The notes beneath the pieces are model-generated. The model saw nothing but the letters and a program-made list of their open reading frames with translations, made no database searches and was not told the DNA's origin. The translations under genes and the position numbers were made by a program. 64,000 nucleotides of DNA from an uncultured Gammaproteobacteria bacterium (GTDB taxonomy: Bacteria > Patescibacteriota > Patescibacteriia > SG8-24): NCBI GenBank assembly GCA_964491475.1, contig CAZBFO010000005.1:841-64840 (forward strand), written 5' to 3'. How positions within the stretch are numbered: position 1 is the stretch's first letter; the number at the start of each line of letters is the position of its first letter. Positions 50,382-60,952 of this stretch are shown in pieces.

Positions 50382-50616
50382 ATGGATGTTTGCGCCGGCA
50401 TCTCGAGTCGTCCGAAAGCTTTAGACCATCGCAGGCTTGCGCTGCAGGTCTACGTGTCTTCGGGCGAGGTGGAGCCCCGGCGTGGTTAAAGTGCGTTTCC
50501 TAAAATGCGGATCGGCTCGTGGCCGAAAACCGCTCCGCAAGAGGCCGCTCGAGATGGCCGTCTTGCGAGTCGGTTTCCGGCCGCGCGGTCGGAAAGGCGC
50601 TTTCGCGCCGGAAACG

Positions 50617-51303
50617 CTAGTCGAGGCTAAGGTCGTTGTTGGCCGAGTCCGGCTTTTCTTCCTTCTTGTTCGGCTGCTGCCCGCGGCGCTGCGCGTTCCT
50701 GCGCGGCTGGCGCTGCTGGACCGGCCTGCCGTTCGGCCGTTGCGCCGTGGCAACCGTTCGCCCGCCAGTCGTACGAACCGTCGGATTCTTGGAAGCGCCG
50801 TCCTGCGGAGGCTTGATCAGGTAGCGCTCCAAGTCCTTGGACAGGTCGGTGAAGTCGTCGACGGCGTCCTTGAGCTTGGTGGCGGTGGTGTTGCCGAAGG
50901 CACAGACCTCCACTTGGCGTCCATGGTGTTTGAGATATTCCACCAACTCCACGAAGTCACCGTCACCGGTCACCAGGATGACCACGTCCAGAATCTCACC
51001 GATACGAATGGCGTCAACGGCGATGCCGACGTCCCAGTCGGCCTTCTTGGCGCCGGAGTCGAAAATTTGCAGAGGGCGCTTTTTGGTTTCGAGGCCGCGC
51101 TGGAACAAGGCGTCGAAGAAAGGCGTCTCTTCGCCCGTGGCCTCGACCACATAGGCGATGGCGCGGATGAGCTGGCGCCCCGCAACGGCAGTTTCCAGAA
51201 TGGCGCCGAAATCGACCTTGGAGTTGTAAAGATTCTTTGCCGAGTAATACATGTTTTGCACGTCGATGAAAACGCCGACGCGCTGGTCTTTGTGCTTGAT
51301 CAT
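50617..51303 (-). CDS. NYN/LabA-DUF88 PIN-like domain protein
   Basis: VFIDVQN, K.DWDVGIAVD, GDGDF..L...L...G..VE, AVD.F. Confidence 0.9.
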   Translation of the reverse strand: MIKHKDQRVGVFIDVQNMYYSAKNLYNSKVDFGAILETAVAGRQLIRAIAYVVEATGEETPFFDALFQRGLETKKRPLQIFDSGAKKADWDVGIAVDAIRIGEILDVVILVTGDGDFVELVEYLKHHGRQVEVCAFGNTTATKLKDAVDDFTDLSKDLERYLIKPPQDGASKNPTVRTTGGRTVATAQRPNGRPVQQRQPRRNAQRRGQQPNKKEEKPDSANNDLSLD

Positions 51304-51384
51304 AAAAGGGGCCTAGTTTGCGAGCCGAAGCGGCTCATAAAAAACGCGAGAACGCCGGCACGAGGCCGGCGTTCATCGGTGTCG

Positions 51385-51651
51385 TTATGCTGAAATTTTG
51401 AGGGCCTCCGACAATTCGGCGTATCCCTTGGCATCCTCGCGCTTCAGGTACTTGAGCAAGCGGCGGCGCTCGCTGACCTTGCGCATAAGACCTTTCCTAG
51501 AGGAAAAGTCCTTCTTGTGCGAGAGAAGGTGGCCAGTGAGGTCCTTGATCTCCGCCGTGAGGATGGCGATCTGGACCTGGGGGGAGCCGGTGTCCTTGTC
51601 GTGAGTCTTGTACTTCTCAATGATCTTCTCCTTTTGGCGCTTGTCCAACAT
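51385..51651 (-). CDS. rpsO: 30S ribosomal protein S15
   Basis: DTGSPQVQIAILT, H.KD.SS..GL...V..RRRLL.YL. Confidence 0.97.
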   Translation of the reverse strand: MLDKRQKEKIIEKYKTHDKDTGSPQVQIAILTAEIKDLTGHLLSHKKDFSSRKGLMRKVSERRRLLKYLKREDAKGYAELSEALKISA

Positions 51652-51837
51652 ATTCGGTGCCTCCGGCGATTGCCGTGGCTGTTCGCGAGCATCCTAGCCG
51701 AAGCCGGGACGTCGTATGAGTTACCTGCCGATACTAGCAGCAGGCTTTGGCTTTGTAAAGGGGTATTTTGAGCCAAAAAGAAAAGGGATTGCGCTGGGCA
51801 ATCCCCCGAGAAAGGGCCTTTTTTCGGCCCGCTCTCT

Positions 51838-52626
51838 TTACGAGGCGTAGCCGCCGACGGCTTCGGAGACCATTCGAGGTCCGGAGAGGGGCGCGGACCC
51901 CTCGTCAACCGTCCCCGAGGGGACGATTTCGTCAGAGCGAGGCGGTGATTCCGACTCGAGCTCCGTCAAAAGGTCCTCCGAGGCAAGCTCGGTCTTGAGG
52001 GCGCCTCCGAACCCGAACTTTCTGGCCTCCTCCGCGCCACCGAAGAATCGCTCGATTGCGGCTTGGTCACGCGCGGTCATGACGGGTTGCATGGTCGGTA
52101 TCCGCGCCTCCTCGTCCTCGTAGATGTCGCACTCCTCGACCTCCATCGGTTCGTCGCCGTCGTCGAGGAACTGATCCACGGGGATTGCCCCCGTGAACTG
52201 GACACACCCCTTTGGCAGGCTCACGAACGGGTCGTTCACGAGCACGACAGCGGCGGTGACGTCGTTGCTGACGGGCGGGGCGGTGAGCGAGGGGGCCGGC
52301 GGAGCCGGCATCCGAATAACCGCGATGATGTTGTCGCACATCATCTTGAAGGCCCGGTTCCTCTCCCCGGAACCTGCGGTCTCGGGGGGAGGATTCAGGC
52401 AGATCCTGCGAGCCTCGGCGAGGTGCCCGGTGATGAGCAGCTGCCGAAGCTCGGCAGCAGTCGAACCGATGGCGTTCGGACGGAGACCGAACGCCCGAAG
52501 GATGTTCCAAATCTCCTTGATGTCCGTCGCGACGTTCCGTGCGCGGGCCTGCTCCTTGGTCTTAGCCAGGATTTGGCTGGCAAGAGAAAGGAGATTATAG
52601 ACCCCATTGGTCGACGATTGATGCAT
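51838..52626 (-). CDS. Hypothetical protein with acidic low-complexity C-terminus
   Basis: 262 aa ATG-started ORF followed by a terminator-like hairpin near 51795-51825. Confidence 0.55.
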   Translation of the reverse strand: MHQSSTNGVYNLLSLASQILAKTKEQARARNVATDIKEIWNILRAFGLRPNAIGSTAAELRQLLITGHLAEARRICLNPPPETAGSGERNRAFKMMCDNIIAVIRMPAPPAPSLTAPPVSNDVTAAVVLVNDPFVSLPKGCVQFTGAIPVDQFLDDGDEPMEVEECDIYEDEEARIPTMQPVMTARDQAAIERFFGGAEEARKFGFGGALKTELASEDLLTELESESPPRSDEIVPSGTVDEGSAPLSGPRMVSEAVGGYAS

Positions 52627-52921
52627 TTTGAACCTCTGTGGTTGGTGTTATGGAACAGAATGTCTTTCAACCCAGCAGGGTCGAAAGAACCGATAATTAT
52701 TAGCAGAAACAAGCCATTTTGTCAACGGTGGAAGGTGTACATGTGGATAGAATTTATATTGTGGATAATTCTGTGCACAAAAAGTATGCATAGTGGAAAA
52801 CTTATCCACCTTCTTTGATCAAATAGACGCAAGAACTATGTTGAAGTGAACACTTTATTTGTCCACAGCAAGACTTTTCATATTTTTATCTAATTTTAGC
52901 CAAAAAAAAGACCATTTACCC

Positions 52922-52950
52922 TTGAAAAAAGTCGATTTTTTTGATATACT
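52922..52950 (+). promoter_or_regulatory. Sigma70-like promoter of the right giant adhesin gene
   Basis: TTGAAA-17 nt-TATACT, preceded by DnaA-box-like sites at 52742, 52760 and 52802. Confidence 0.65.
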
Positions 52951-52984
52951 ACTGTTGATTAGTAATTCAAATCAGTAAAAGCCT

Positions 52985-55900
52985 GTGTCCAAGATTTCCA
53001 AGGTCACGTTGCTCCAAAAAGCAACGGGAACGAGGAATGGACGTCAGGGTCTTTTCGGTTTCGCTTGGAGTTCTTTGCTGCTTGCAAGCCTCATTTCTGG
53101 ACTTTTTGCCAAATCCGTTGCCGCATCAGGCCCTTCAGCTAATCGCATCCTCAACTATCAAATCAGCCTGACGGACACTGCGAACTTTCCGGTGGCCGAT
53201 GGGGACAAGAGCATTTACCTGACGATTTACGACGCCAGCACGGGCGGTACCCAGCTGTTTACGGCTTGTTCCGTCGGTGCCAGTCCGACCGCCACGCCCG
53301 AGGCCATAACCGCCACATTCGTCGGAGGAAAAACGACCATTTTGATCGGCGATACGGCCACCTTGGTCTGCGCCGCAGGATCGCCTGTGCCGATTCCGGA
53401 TGACTTATTCAATAATACGTCGTTGTGGCTCGGCGTCACTGCCGAGTCCGACGCCGAAATGACCCCTCGCAAGCACCTCGTTTCGACGGGTTATTCGATG
53501 AACGCCGACAGGCTCGATGACCTCGATACCTCAAATGCCGGCGGGTCGAACGCTTTTGTGCCCGTGACCGACGCTTCGGGAAACTTCACGCTCACCAAGG
53601 ACGTGGACTTTGCCAGCGGGACGTTCGTGGTGGATTCAACGGGCTCCAACGTCGGAATCGGGACTGCCAGCCCTTCCGCACTCCTGTCCGTCGGCACGGG
53701 TTCGGCATTCCAGGTGGACGGCGCAGGCAACGTCAGCCTGAACGGCGGAGGGACGCTGATGCTCGGTTCGCAGACCTCTGACCCCACCGGCGCGAACGGC
53801 ATGACGTACTACAACAGCACTTCGGACGTTTTCCGCTGCTTTAGGAACAGCGCGTGGGGGGATTGCGACTCTTCGCGGCTTGATCAGCTTTCGGGCGCAA
53901 CTTCCGCGCACGGTCTTGACAGCGGTGACTTCGCGCAAACTTGGACATGGTCGCTCACGAGCGCGAACAACGCGGGCTTGACGCTCGGCGAAAGCAGCCC
54001 ATCGACGGCATCGGGCGCTCCTTCTGTCCTGACCGTCTCGACGCAATCCGGTTCGACGGCCTCGCCCGTTTACATCAAGAATCTCGGTGACGGTCCGAGT
54101 TTCCGCGTTGATGATGAAGGCGCAGACGCTACGCCCTTCTACATCAGCGCTGACGGCAACGTCGCGGTGGGCGCAGAGTCATTCGATATCGTCAATCCTG
54201 AAAAATTCAAGGTAGAAGGCGGCACCAACGGCACCATCAACATCATCAGCGGCTATGGCGACCGCGACGGCTATCTGCAGCTCAACATCCACAACCGCAA
54301 TGCTGGCGAGAATGCCTCGTCCGATTTGGTCGCCACTGCCGACGATGGCAACGAGAACGTGAATTACATCGACGTGGGCATCGACTCGTCGGGATACAAC
54401 AACGCCGACTACACCATAGTCGGGCCGCATGACGGTTACATGTACACGAACGGCGGCAACCTCGCCATCGGCACGCAAACGGCAGGAATGTCGATTAAAT
54501 TCCACACCGGAGACACGCTGGTCGGAAACGAGCGCATGCGGATCGACGGTGACGGCAACGTGGGCATCGGCACCACCTCCCCGGGTTCGAAACTCGACGT
54601 GAAGGGAGAGTTCCGACTTTCCGGCGCAACTTCCGGCTACGTCGGATTCGCGGCCGCTTCGGCGGCTGGTTCGACTACTTATACGTTGCCCAGCGCCGAC
54701 GGGAGCGCGGGATACGCGCTGATCACTAACGGATTAGGCACCCTTTCTTGGGCCGACGCCGCCACCAAATGGAACAGGACCGGAACGACGCTATCGCCGG
54801 TCAATGTCGGCGACGACATCACCACTTCTGGCAACATTTATACTACCGGTGGAGGCACCATTACTTCTGATGGCCTGTTCAGCGGCGCACTCGGTTTGGC
54901 CGTGGTCGGTGGCACCGTGAACGTCAACGCCAGCAGCAACTTCGACACCAACATTAATACCGGCAGCTCCACTGGCTCGGTGAACATCGGCAACGTCTCG
55001 TCAGGTGCCGTGACCATCACCTCCGGCGCGGGCATCACGCTGGCCGCAGGTGCCGCTTCGAACATTTCCAGCACCGCCGGCGATATCGTCTTCCAGCCCG
55101 CTGGCACGTCCACGAGCGCGGCAGTGCAGATCGGCGTCGGGGGTGCCGGTTCGACTACTCCCGACGTGCTCGCGCTCGACGTGAAATCCGATGCCGGCGA
55201 TCCTGCGGGCATGAATGGCGCGATGTATTACAACGACAGTGCGGCGAAGTTCCGCTGCTACGTCAACGGTTCGTGGTCCGATTGCGATACGACCGGCGGA
55301 ACGACGACGCTTCAGACCGCGTACAACGGCGGCGCCGCCATCACCACCAGCGGCTCCACGGACATCGCCTTCACGCTGACCTCGGGCAACTTCACGGCCG
55401 GCGGCGCGGGCGCCGTCAGTCTCACCCCGACCTCCGCCTCAAGCTTCACTTCCGGCGGCGCCCTCACGCTGACCGGCGGCGCGGCCTCGACCTGGGGCAC
55501 CTCGAGCGGAAACCTGACTCTCCAAGCTGCCGGTGCAGGTACGACAGCCGCAGTGCAAATCGGTGCGGGCGGATCGGGATCGACGACTCCAGACCTTTTC
55601 GGTGTTGACGTTAAGTCCACCTCGGGAGACCCGTCCGGCTTCAACGGAGCCATGTACTACAATGCCAATGCCAACGATTTTCGCTGCTATGTGAATGGCG
55701 GCTGGCAGAGCTGCGGTGCGACTGCTGCTTCGGCCACCACGTTGCAGCAGGCATACAACAGCGCCGCCGCCATCACCACCAGCGGCTCCACGGACATCGC
55801 CTTCACGCTGACCTCGGGCAACTTCACGGCAAGCGGGGCCGGCGCCGTCAGTCTCACCCCGACCTCCGCCTCCAGCTTCACCTCGGGCGGCGCGCTCACG

Positions 55901-58900
55901 TTCACCGGCGGCGCCTCCAGCACCTGGTCCACCTCCTCCGGCGCGCTGACCGTGGACTCCGCCGCCGCGCTCAACCTCGGCACCTCGAACGCCACCTCGG
56001 TGTCGCTGGGCAGGACCGGCGTGACCACCACCAACAACGGCGCGCTCACCTCAACGCAGACGCTGACTGCATCGAACGGCCTTACGCTCACGACTGGCGC
56101 GCTGAACCTCACGGCCACCAGCGGCACGCTCGCGATTTCGGGCCTCGGCGCGAGTTCCGTCAGCACCGGCTCCAACAGCCTTTCGCTCGTCGGCAGTCCC
56201 GTGAACGTCAACGCGTCCGGTTCCGGAACCGTCAATCTCGGAAGCGCGACCGCGGCGGTGAACCTTCCGGGCCTCACGGCCTCAAAGGTGGTCTTCACCG
56301 ACTCGTCCAAGAACCTGACCTCGTCTGGCACGGTCGGCATTGCGCAAGGCGGCACCGGACAGACCACCCAAACCGCCGGCTTCAATGCTTTGTCACCGCT
56401 GACGACGAAGGGCGACATCGTCGCATTCGACGGAACGGACAACGTGCGCATGCCCGTCGGCGGAACCAACGGCTTCGTACTGACGGTCGATTCGACGCAG
56501 GCAAACGGCATCAAGTGGTCCGCGCTGCCCAGTACCAGCCTGCAGAGCGCCTATAATGGCGGTGCCACCATCACCACCTCGGGGGCCACCAACATCGCCT
56601 TCACGCTGACCTCGGGCAACTTCACGGCAAGCGGGGCCGGCGCAGTCAATCTCACCCCGACCTCCGCCTCCAGCTTCACCTCGGGCGGCGCCCTCACGCT
56701 GACCGGCGGCGCCTCCAGCACCTGGTCCACCTCCTCCGGCGCGCTGACCGTGGACTCCGCCGCCGCGCTCAACCTCGGCACCTCGAACGCCACCTCGGTG
56801 TCGCTGGGCAGGACCGGCGTGACCACCACCAACAACGGCGGGTTGACCGTCACGCAGGCCACCACATTAAATGGGGGGCTGGCGGTGAACACCAGCGGGA
56901 GCGTTACCACCGATCAGGCCTCGTTTGATCTCATTAACGCCACGGCCACAACGCTTAACTTCGGCGGCGCGGCCACAGGCCTGACCATCGGCGCGACTAC
57001 GGGCACCGCGACCATCAGAAACGCCACGGTTACCCTCTCTAATGCCACGACCCTCAACATGAACGGGGCGAGCCCGAGCATCGTGACGTCGAGCAGCGGC
57101 ACCGCCAGCGTCTTCAACACCAACGCCGCCGTGCTCAACATGGGCGGTGCCGCCACCTCCGTGAGCATCGGCGCCTCGACCGGCACCATGACGCTGGCCA
57201 ACGGCACGATCAACCTTTCGAATGGCGTCCTCCAGACCGGCGGCACTCAGCGCCTCTCCAACGCCGGCGCGCTGTCGAACATCACCGGCATCAGCTCCTC
57301 CGGCACCATCACTTTCTCCGGCCTGACCGCCAGCCGCTTCGTGACCACCAACGGCTCCTCTGACCTGGCCACCTCGCAGAACTCCGCCGCGCTGTCCGCC
57401 ACCCTCACCGACGAGACCGGCTCCGGGGTCGCCGTCTTCGGCACCAGCCCGGCAATCACCACCTCGCTCACCACCGGCTCCGCCAGCTTCGACCTGCTGA
57501 ATACGACTGCGACTACGGTCAACTTTGCCGGTGCGGCGACCACCCTGAACGTCGGTATCGCCGGCGCCTCGGGCACGCTCGCGCTCATGGGCGGCAGCGG
57601 CAGCACCGGCTGCACCGTGGACGGCTCCACGGGCAACCTGACCTGTTCGGGCAATGTCGCCACTACCGCCACTTCCGGTACGCAAGGCTGGTGGAGCCGC
57701 TCCGGCACGACGATTCAGTCAGTCACCTCCGGAGACTCCCTCACCGTTTCCGGCTCCGGTGCATTCACGACCGGCACCGGTACCACCACCGTTAACGGCA
57801 CTTCAGTCGTCCTTGCCGGCAACTCCACGGTCATCGACATGACCGGAACGGGAACGCTTAGCCTCAACACGACGACGAACCGCGCCATCAGCACGGGCTC
57901 CGGATTGTTCACCGCGGGCGGCGCGCTCACCGCCACGGGACTCGTCACCGCAAACGGCGGCGTGACTCTCGCGGCAAACCAGAATTTCACGATGACTTCG
58001 GGTGCAGGTACTTCCACCCAGACTTTCACCGGCAGCTCGACCACCGCTGACACCATCGCCGCAGGTTCGCTGACTTCCGGCACCGCACTTGCGCTCACCG
58101 GCGGCTCGGCGATGACCACCGGCTCGCTGCTTACCGCCACCTCCGCCACTTACGTGCACACGGCTGCGGAAACGGGAAAAGTCATGAGCATCTCGTTAAC
58201 GGACGCCTCGACCAACTCCACCGGCGTGGCGTCCGTGACCACGGGATTGGATCTCGCCACGGCTTTCAACACTTCTGCCAGCGTCGGCTCGAAAACGATC
58301 AATGCCATGAACATTCCGGCGCTCTCCACCACCACCTGCGGCACCACCGGCGGCACCTGCGTGTGGAACGGCGTCCAGATGGCGACCCCCACGCTCTCGC
58401 AGACCACCACCAACGCCTATACCTTCAACGGCCTGAACCTGTCTTCGGCCGGCGCGCTGACGCAAAGCAGCACTGCGGGAACGATCAACTGGAACGGCGC
58501 GGCCATCGTCATGCCGAATATCACGCAGACGACGGGCACGATCACCTCTAACGGGCTGACGGTCACGATGGGAACGAGCACGACCGGAGGCACGCAGAAC
58601 GGCCTGCTCATCAAGGATTCCAGCAGCATCGCGACTGCCGCGCACGACTCGGCCATTCTCGTACAAGACAGCAGCGGCAACTCGCTGTTCGACGTAAGGG
58701 AGATGACCAGCGCCAACAACAACTTCGGCGCGACTGCCACGACGGGGGCGTTCATCGATCGCAACTCGACCTACCGCGAAGAGTTCAACAGTTTCCACGG
58801 GACGAATACGACGGCGACGACGGCGCAGATTCGCGGCGACGGCGGCGGCGCCGGCAGCGGCGAACTTAGCTTGAGCGTCGTTACCGTCGGTGCCGGCGGT

Positions 58901-60856
58901 TCCGGCACGGCGGCATCGCAAAACACCACGAACGGAGTGGAACGGCTCACTCCGGTTTCTGGCAACGCAAACGGAAGAACCGCGGCTATCCTCGAATACC
59001 TCGGTACCGCCACTACGGGAACCGCAAACAACATCTATGCGGCCGCGAACCTCCCCGTCGTTACCGTAAAGGCGAAGGTGGACGTGGCTGGCGCGAACAA
59101 CCGCGTGTTCATCGGCATCAGCGACGCGGCAGCGGCGGTCACGACCATGCCCACCAACGGCATCTTCTTCTCCAACTGCACCGCTTCTGCCACCTGCGAC
59201 GCGAACTGGCACGGTGTCGTCAACAATGCGGGCGCGGTCACCACCGTATCTTGCGGCGCAGTCGACACGTCGCACTTCGCCTACGGTCGAATCGAGGTGC
59301 GCTCCACGACCGACGTCCACTTCTTCATGGACACCAACGTTTCAGACGGCATCGTCGAAACGGAATGCGGAACCGGCCTCGTCGCGACTCCCAGCGCGGT
59401 CATGACGACATTGATTCAGGCTGCTTCGTTGAGTACGGCTGCCGCGACTAACACCACGAACCTCGACGTCGATTACGTTCGGACTTGGCAGGACGACGCT
59501 TCTTCGGAAGGCGCGGTCGCTTCGATAACTCCTGCCGCCCCCGCACCCCTGACCGACGACGACCTCCTGGGGGCGCTGGTCTCCCAGGCAAGCCTCCGCC
59601 CCGTCGATCAGACACCGGCAGACACTGCCGTCGATCGCTTGGTGGCAGGATTATCGGTGATTTCGCCAAAAGGCACTTTTGAAGGACTGTTCGCCAAGAC
59701 CGTGGAAGCGGACATCCTCGCGCTGAAAGACGTGGCCACCGCGGTGTCACGGTCCATCTCTTACGACGGTTCGGTCGGTCTGACCGGCGACATGATGCGC
59801 ACCGACGCATCTGGCTGGGCCGCGTCCACGCACGGCTTCGCGGACATGTTCGCCTCGAACGATTCGCTCTCGGAAGGCGACATCGTGATGGTCGACGCCG
59901 CCAATGCGACCAAGGTAGTTCGCGCCGTCAAGGACGACGCCCATCCGGACTTCCTGCTTGCCGGCATCGTGGCGTCTCGCCCGGGATACATCGCCGGAAT
60001 GAACGAGGCTGACAGCTATCCGGTCGCAGTCCAAGGCCGCGCCACCGTGAAGGTGAAGGGGCCGATCGCCATCGGCGATCCGATTACGGTCTCCGACACG
60101 CCCGGCGTCGGCTCCGTCGCGACCGACCCCACTTACATCATCGGCATCGCGCTACAGGCCAAAATCGGCGACGACAGCGGCCTTGTGACCGTATTCGTCC
60201 GCCCCGGCTGGTTCAACGGCAGCACCGTGCAGCCGCAGAACACTGCGGTATCCGGCATCAATCCAGGCGCACTCGTCATGGATGACAGTATCGCGGATTT
60301 CGCCTCTCGCGCGCTGACCGGAGTCGGCGCCATCCAAGGCATCGACAGCCTTTGGAACATCGACGGCAACGGCAAACTGACCATCAAGGAAATCAGCGCA
60401 GAGAACGTTTCTGTCACGCAGACCGACACTTCGTCTACCATGGAAACGGGCGTGATGCTTTCAGGCGAAGTCGTGACCCAGGTGCACAACGCTTCCGTGA
60501 AGCCGACGTCTCGCGTCTTCGTCACCTTCCGCAAGGATCCCGGCAGCAGCTGGTGGGTCGAGGACATCGGAGAAGGGTTCTTCACGCTCAAGGTGCGTCA
60601 GCCCGTGGTGGAGGACGTGCCCTTCGATTATTGGGTGGTCGGCGTGAATGACTTGCGAACCAGCCCGAAGGCGCCGGTATCAGCGCCTGGTGCTCCTGCG
60701 GAGCCGACCGTGCCGGTGCAAGCAGTCGAATCGCCGACAGTTACGCTGCCGAACGCGCCTCAAACCGATAGTGCGCCTGCGCCCGATGCCGTCTCCGATG
60801 GTACTGATACAGGTTCCTCGACCGGCGAAACCGCTGCCTCAACGACGAACCCGTAG
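52985..60856 (+). CDS. Giant secreted tail-fibre/adhesin-like protein, 2623 aa, with a C-terminal peptidase-G2/IMC-like chaperone domain
   Basis: Signal segment; N-domain shared with 1..5995; NVGIGT and MYYN..FRCY.NG.W..C repeats; LQ.AYN repeats; FADMF...GDIV...GIVA..PG...VAVQGRATVKV.G.I..GD.I..S..PG.G...IIGIAL. Confidence 0.88.
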   Translation: MSKISKVTLLQKATGTRNGRQGLFGFAWSSLLLASLISGLFAKSVAASGPSANRILNYQISLTDTANFPVADGDKSIYLTIYDASTGGTQLFTACSVGASPTATPEAITATFVGGKTTILIGDTATLVCAAGSPVPIPDDLFNNTSLWLGVTAESDAEMTPRKHLVSTGYSMNADRLDDLDTSNAGGSNAFVPVTDASGNFTLTKDVDFASGTFVVDSTGSNVGIGTASPSALLSVGTGSAFQVDGAGNVSLNGGGTLMLGSQTSDPTGANGMTYYNSTSDVFRCFRNSAWGDCDSSRLDQLSGATSAHGLDSGDFAQTWTWSLTSANNAGLTLGESSPSTASGAPSVLTVSTQSGSTASPVYIKNLGDGPSFRVDDEGADATPFYISADGNVAVGAESFDIVNPEKFKVEGGTNGTINIISGYGDRDGYLQLNIHNRNAGENASSDLVATADDGNENVNYIDVGIDSSGYNNADYTIVGPHDGYMYTNGGNLAIGTQTAGMSIKFHTGDTLVGNERMRIDGDGNVGIGTTSPGSKLDVKGEFRLSGATSGYVGFAAASAAGSTTYTLPSADGSAGYALITNGLGTLSWADAATKWNRTGTTLSPVNVGDDITTSGNIYTTGGGTITSDGLFSGALGLAVVGGTVNVNASSNFDTNINTGSSTGSVNIGNVSSGAVTITSGAGITLAAGAASNISSTAGDIVFQPAGTSTSAAVQIGVGGAGSTTPDVLALDVKSDAGDPAGMNGAMYYNDSAAKFRCYVNGSWSDCDTTGGTTTLQTAYNGGAAITTSGSTDIAFTLTSGNFTAGGAGAVSLTPTSASSFTSGGALTLTGGAASTWGTSSGNLTLQAAGAGTTAAVQIGAGGSGSTTPDLFGVDVKSTSGDPSGFNGAMYYNANANDFRCYVNGGWQSCGATAASATTLQQAYNSAAAITTSGSTDIAFTLTSGNFTASGAGAVSLTPTSASSFTSGGALTFTGGASSTWSTSSGALTVDSAAALNLGTSNATSVSLGRTGVTTTNNGALTSTQTLTASNGLTLTTGALNLTATSGTLAISGLGASSVSTGSNSLSLVGSPVNVNASGSGTVNLGSATAAVNLPGLTASKVVFTDSSKNLTSSGTVGIAQGGTGQTTQTAGFNALSPLTTKGDIVAFDGTDNVRMPVGGTNGFVLTVDSTQANGIKWSALPSTSLQSAYNGGATITTSGATNIAFTLTSGNFTASGAGAVNLTPTSASSFTSGGALTLTGGASSTWSTSSGALTVDSAAALNLGTSNATSVSLGRTGVTTTNNGGLTVTQATTLNGGLAVNTSGSVTTDQASFDLINATATTLNFGGAATGLTIGATTGTATIRNATVTLSNATTLNMNGASPSIVTSSSGTASVFNTNAAVLNMGGAATSVSIGASTGTMTLANGTINLSNGVLQTGGTQRLSNAGALSNITGISSSGTITFSGLTASRFVTTNGSSDLATSQNSAALSATLTDETGSGVAVFGTSPAITTSLTTGSASFDLLNTTATTVNFAGAATTLNVGIAGASGTLALMGGSGSTGCTVDGSTGNLTCSGNVATTATSGTQGWWSRSGTTIQSVTSGDSLTVSGSGAFTTGTGTTTVNGTSVVLAGNSTVIDMTGTGTLSLNTTTNRAISTGSGLFTAGGALTATGLVTANGGVTLAANQNFTMTSGAGTSTQTFTGSSTTADTIAAGSLTSGTALALTGGSAMTTGSLLTATSATYVHTAAETGKVMSISLTDASTNSTGVASVTTGLDLATAFNTSASVGSKTINAMNIPALSTTTCGTTGGTCVWNGVQMATPTLSQTTTNAYTFNGLNLSSAGALTQSSTAGTINWNGAAIVMPNITQTTGTITSNGLTVTMGTSTTGGTQNGLLIKDSSSIATAAHDSAILVQDSSGNSLFDVREMTSANNNFGATATTGAFIDRNSTYREEFNSFHGTNTTATTAQIRGDGGGAGSGELSLSVVTVGAGGSGTAASQNTTNGVERLTPVSGNANGRTAAILEYLGTATTGTANNIYAAANLPVVTVKAKVDVAGANNRVFIGISDAAAAVTTMPTNGIFFSNCTASATCDANWHGVVNNAGAVTTVSCGAVDTSHFAYGRIEVRSTTDVHFFMDTNVSDGIVETECGTGLVATPSAVMTTLIQAASLSTAAATNTTNLDVDYVRTWQDDASSEGAVASITPAAPAPLTDDDLLGALVSQASLRPVDQTPADTAVDRLVAGLSVISPKGTFEGLFAKTVEADILALKDVATAVSRSISYDGSVGLTGDMMRTDASGWAASTHGFADMFASNDSLSEGDIVMVDAANATKVVRAVKDDAHPDFLLAGIVASRPGYIAGMNEADSYPVAVQGRATVKVKGPIAIGDPITVSDTPGVGSVATDPTYIIGIALQAKIGDDSGLVTVFVRPGWFNGSTVQPQNTAVSGINPGALVMDDSIADFASRALTGVGAIQGIDSLWNIDGNGKLTIKEISAENVSVTQTDTSSTMETGVMLSGEVVTQVHNASVKPTSRVFVTFRKDPGSSWWVEDIGEGFFTLKVRQPVVEDVPFDYWVVGVNDLRTSPKAPVSAPGAPAEPTVPVQAVESPTVTLPNAPQTDSAPAPDAVSDGTDTGSSTGETAASTTNP
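55300..56842 (+). repeat. Three near-identical intragenic repeats (LQ.AYN...TLTSGNFTA...SFTSGGALT)
   Basis: Copies at ~55300-55500, ~55735-56042 and ~56535-56842; the last two share long identical DNA tracts. Confidence 0.85.
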
Positions 60857-60952
60857 CTCGTCAGCGAAACCGCGCGGCATGCACGCTGCGCGTTTTCGTT
60901 TTCCCCAGCCCGCGCTTTCGCCGGTGCGTCGCCTAACGTATACTTGCCGCGT

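Noticed and set aside
55300-56842. Diversity-generating retroelement template/variable repeat pair
   Set aside because: No reverse transcriptase in the window, and differences between copies are not adenine-specific.
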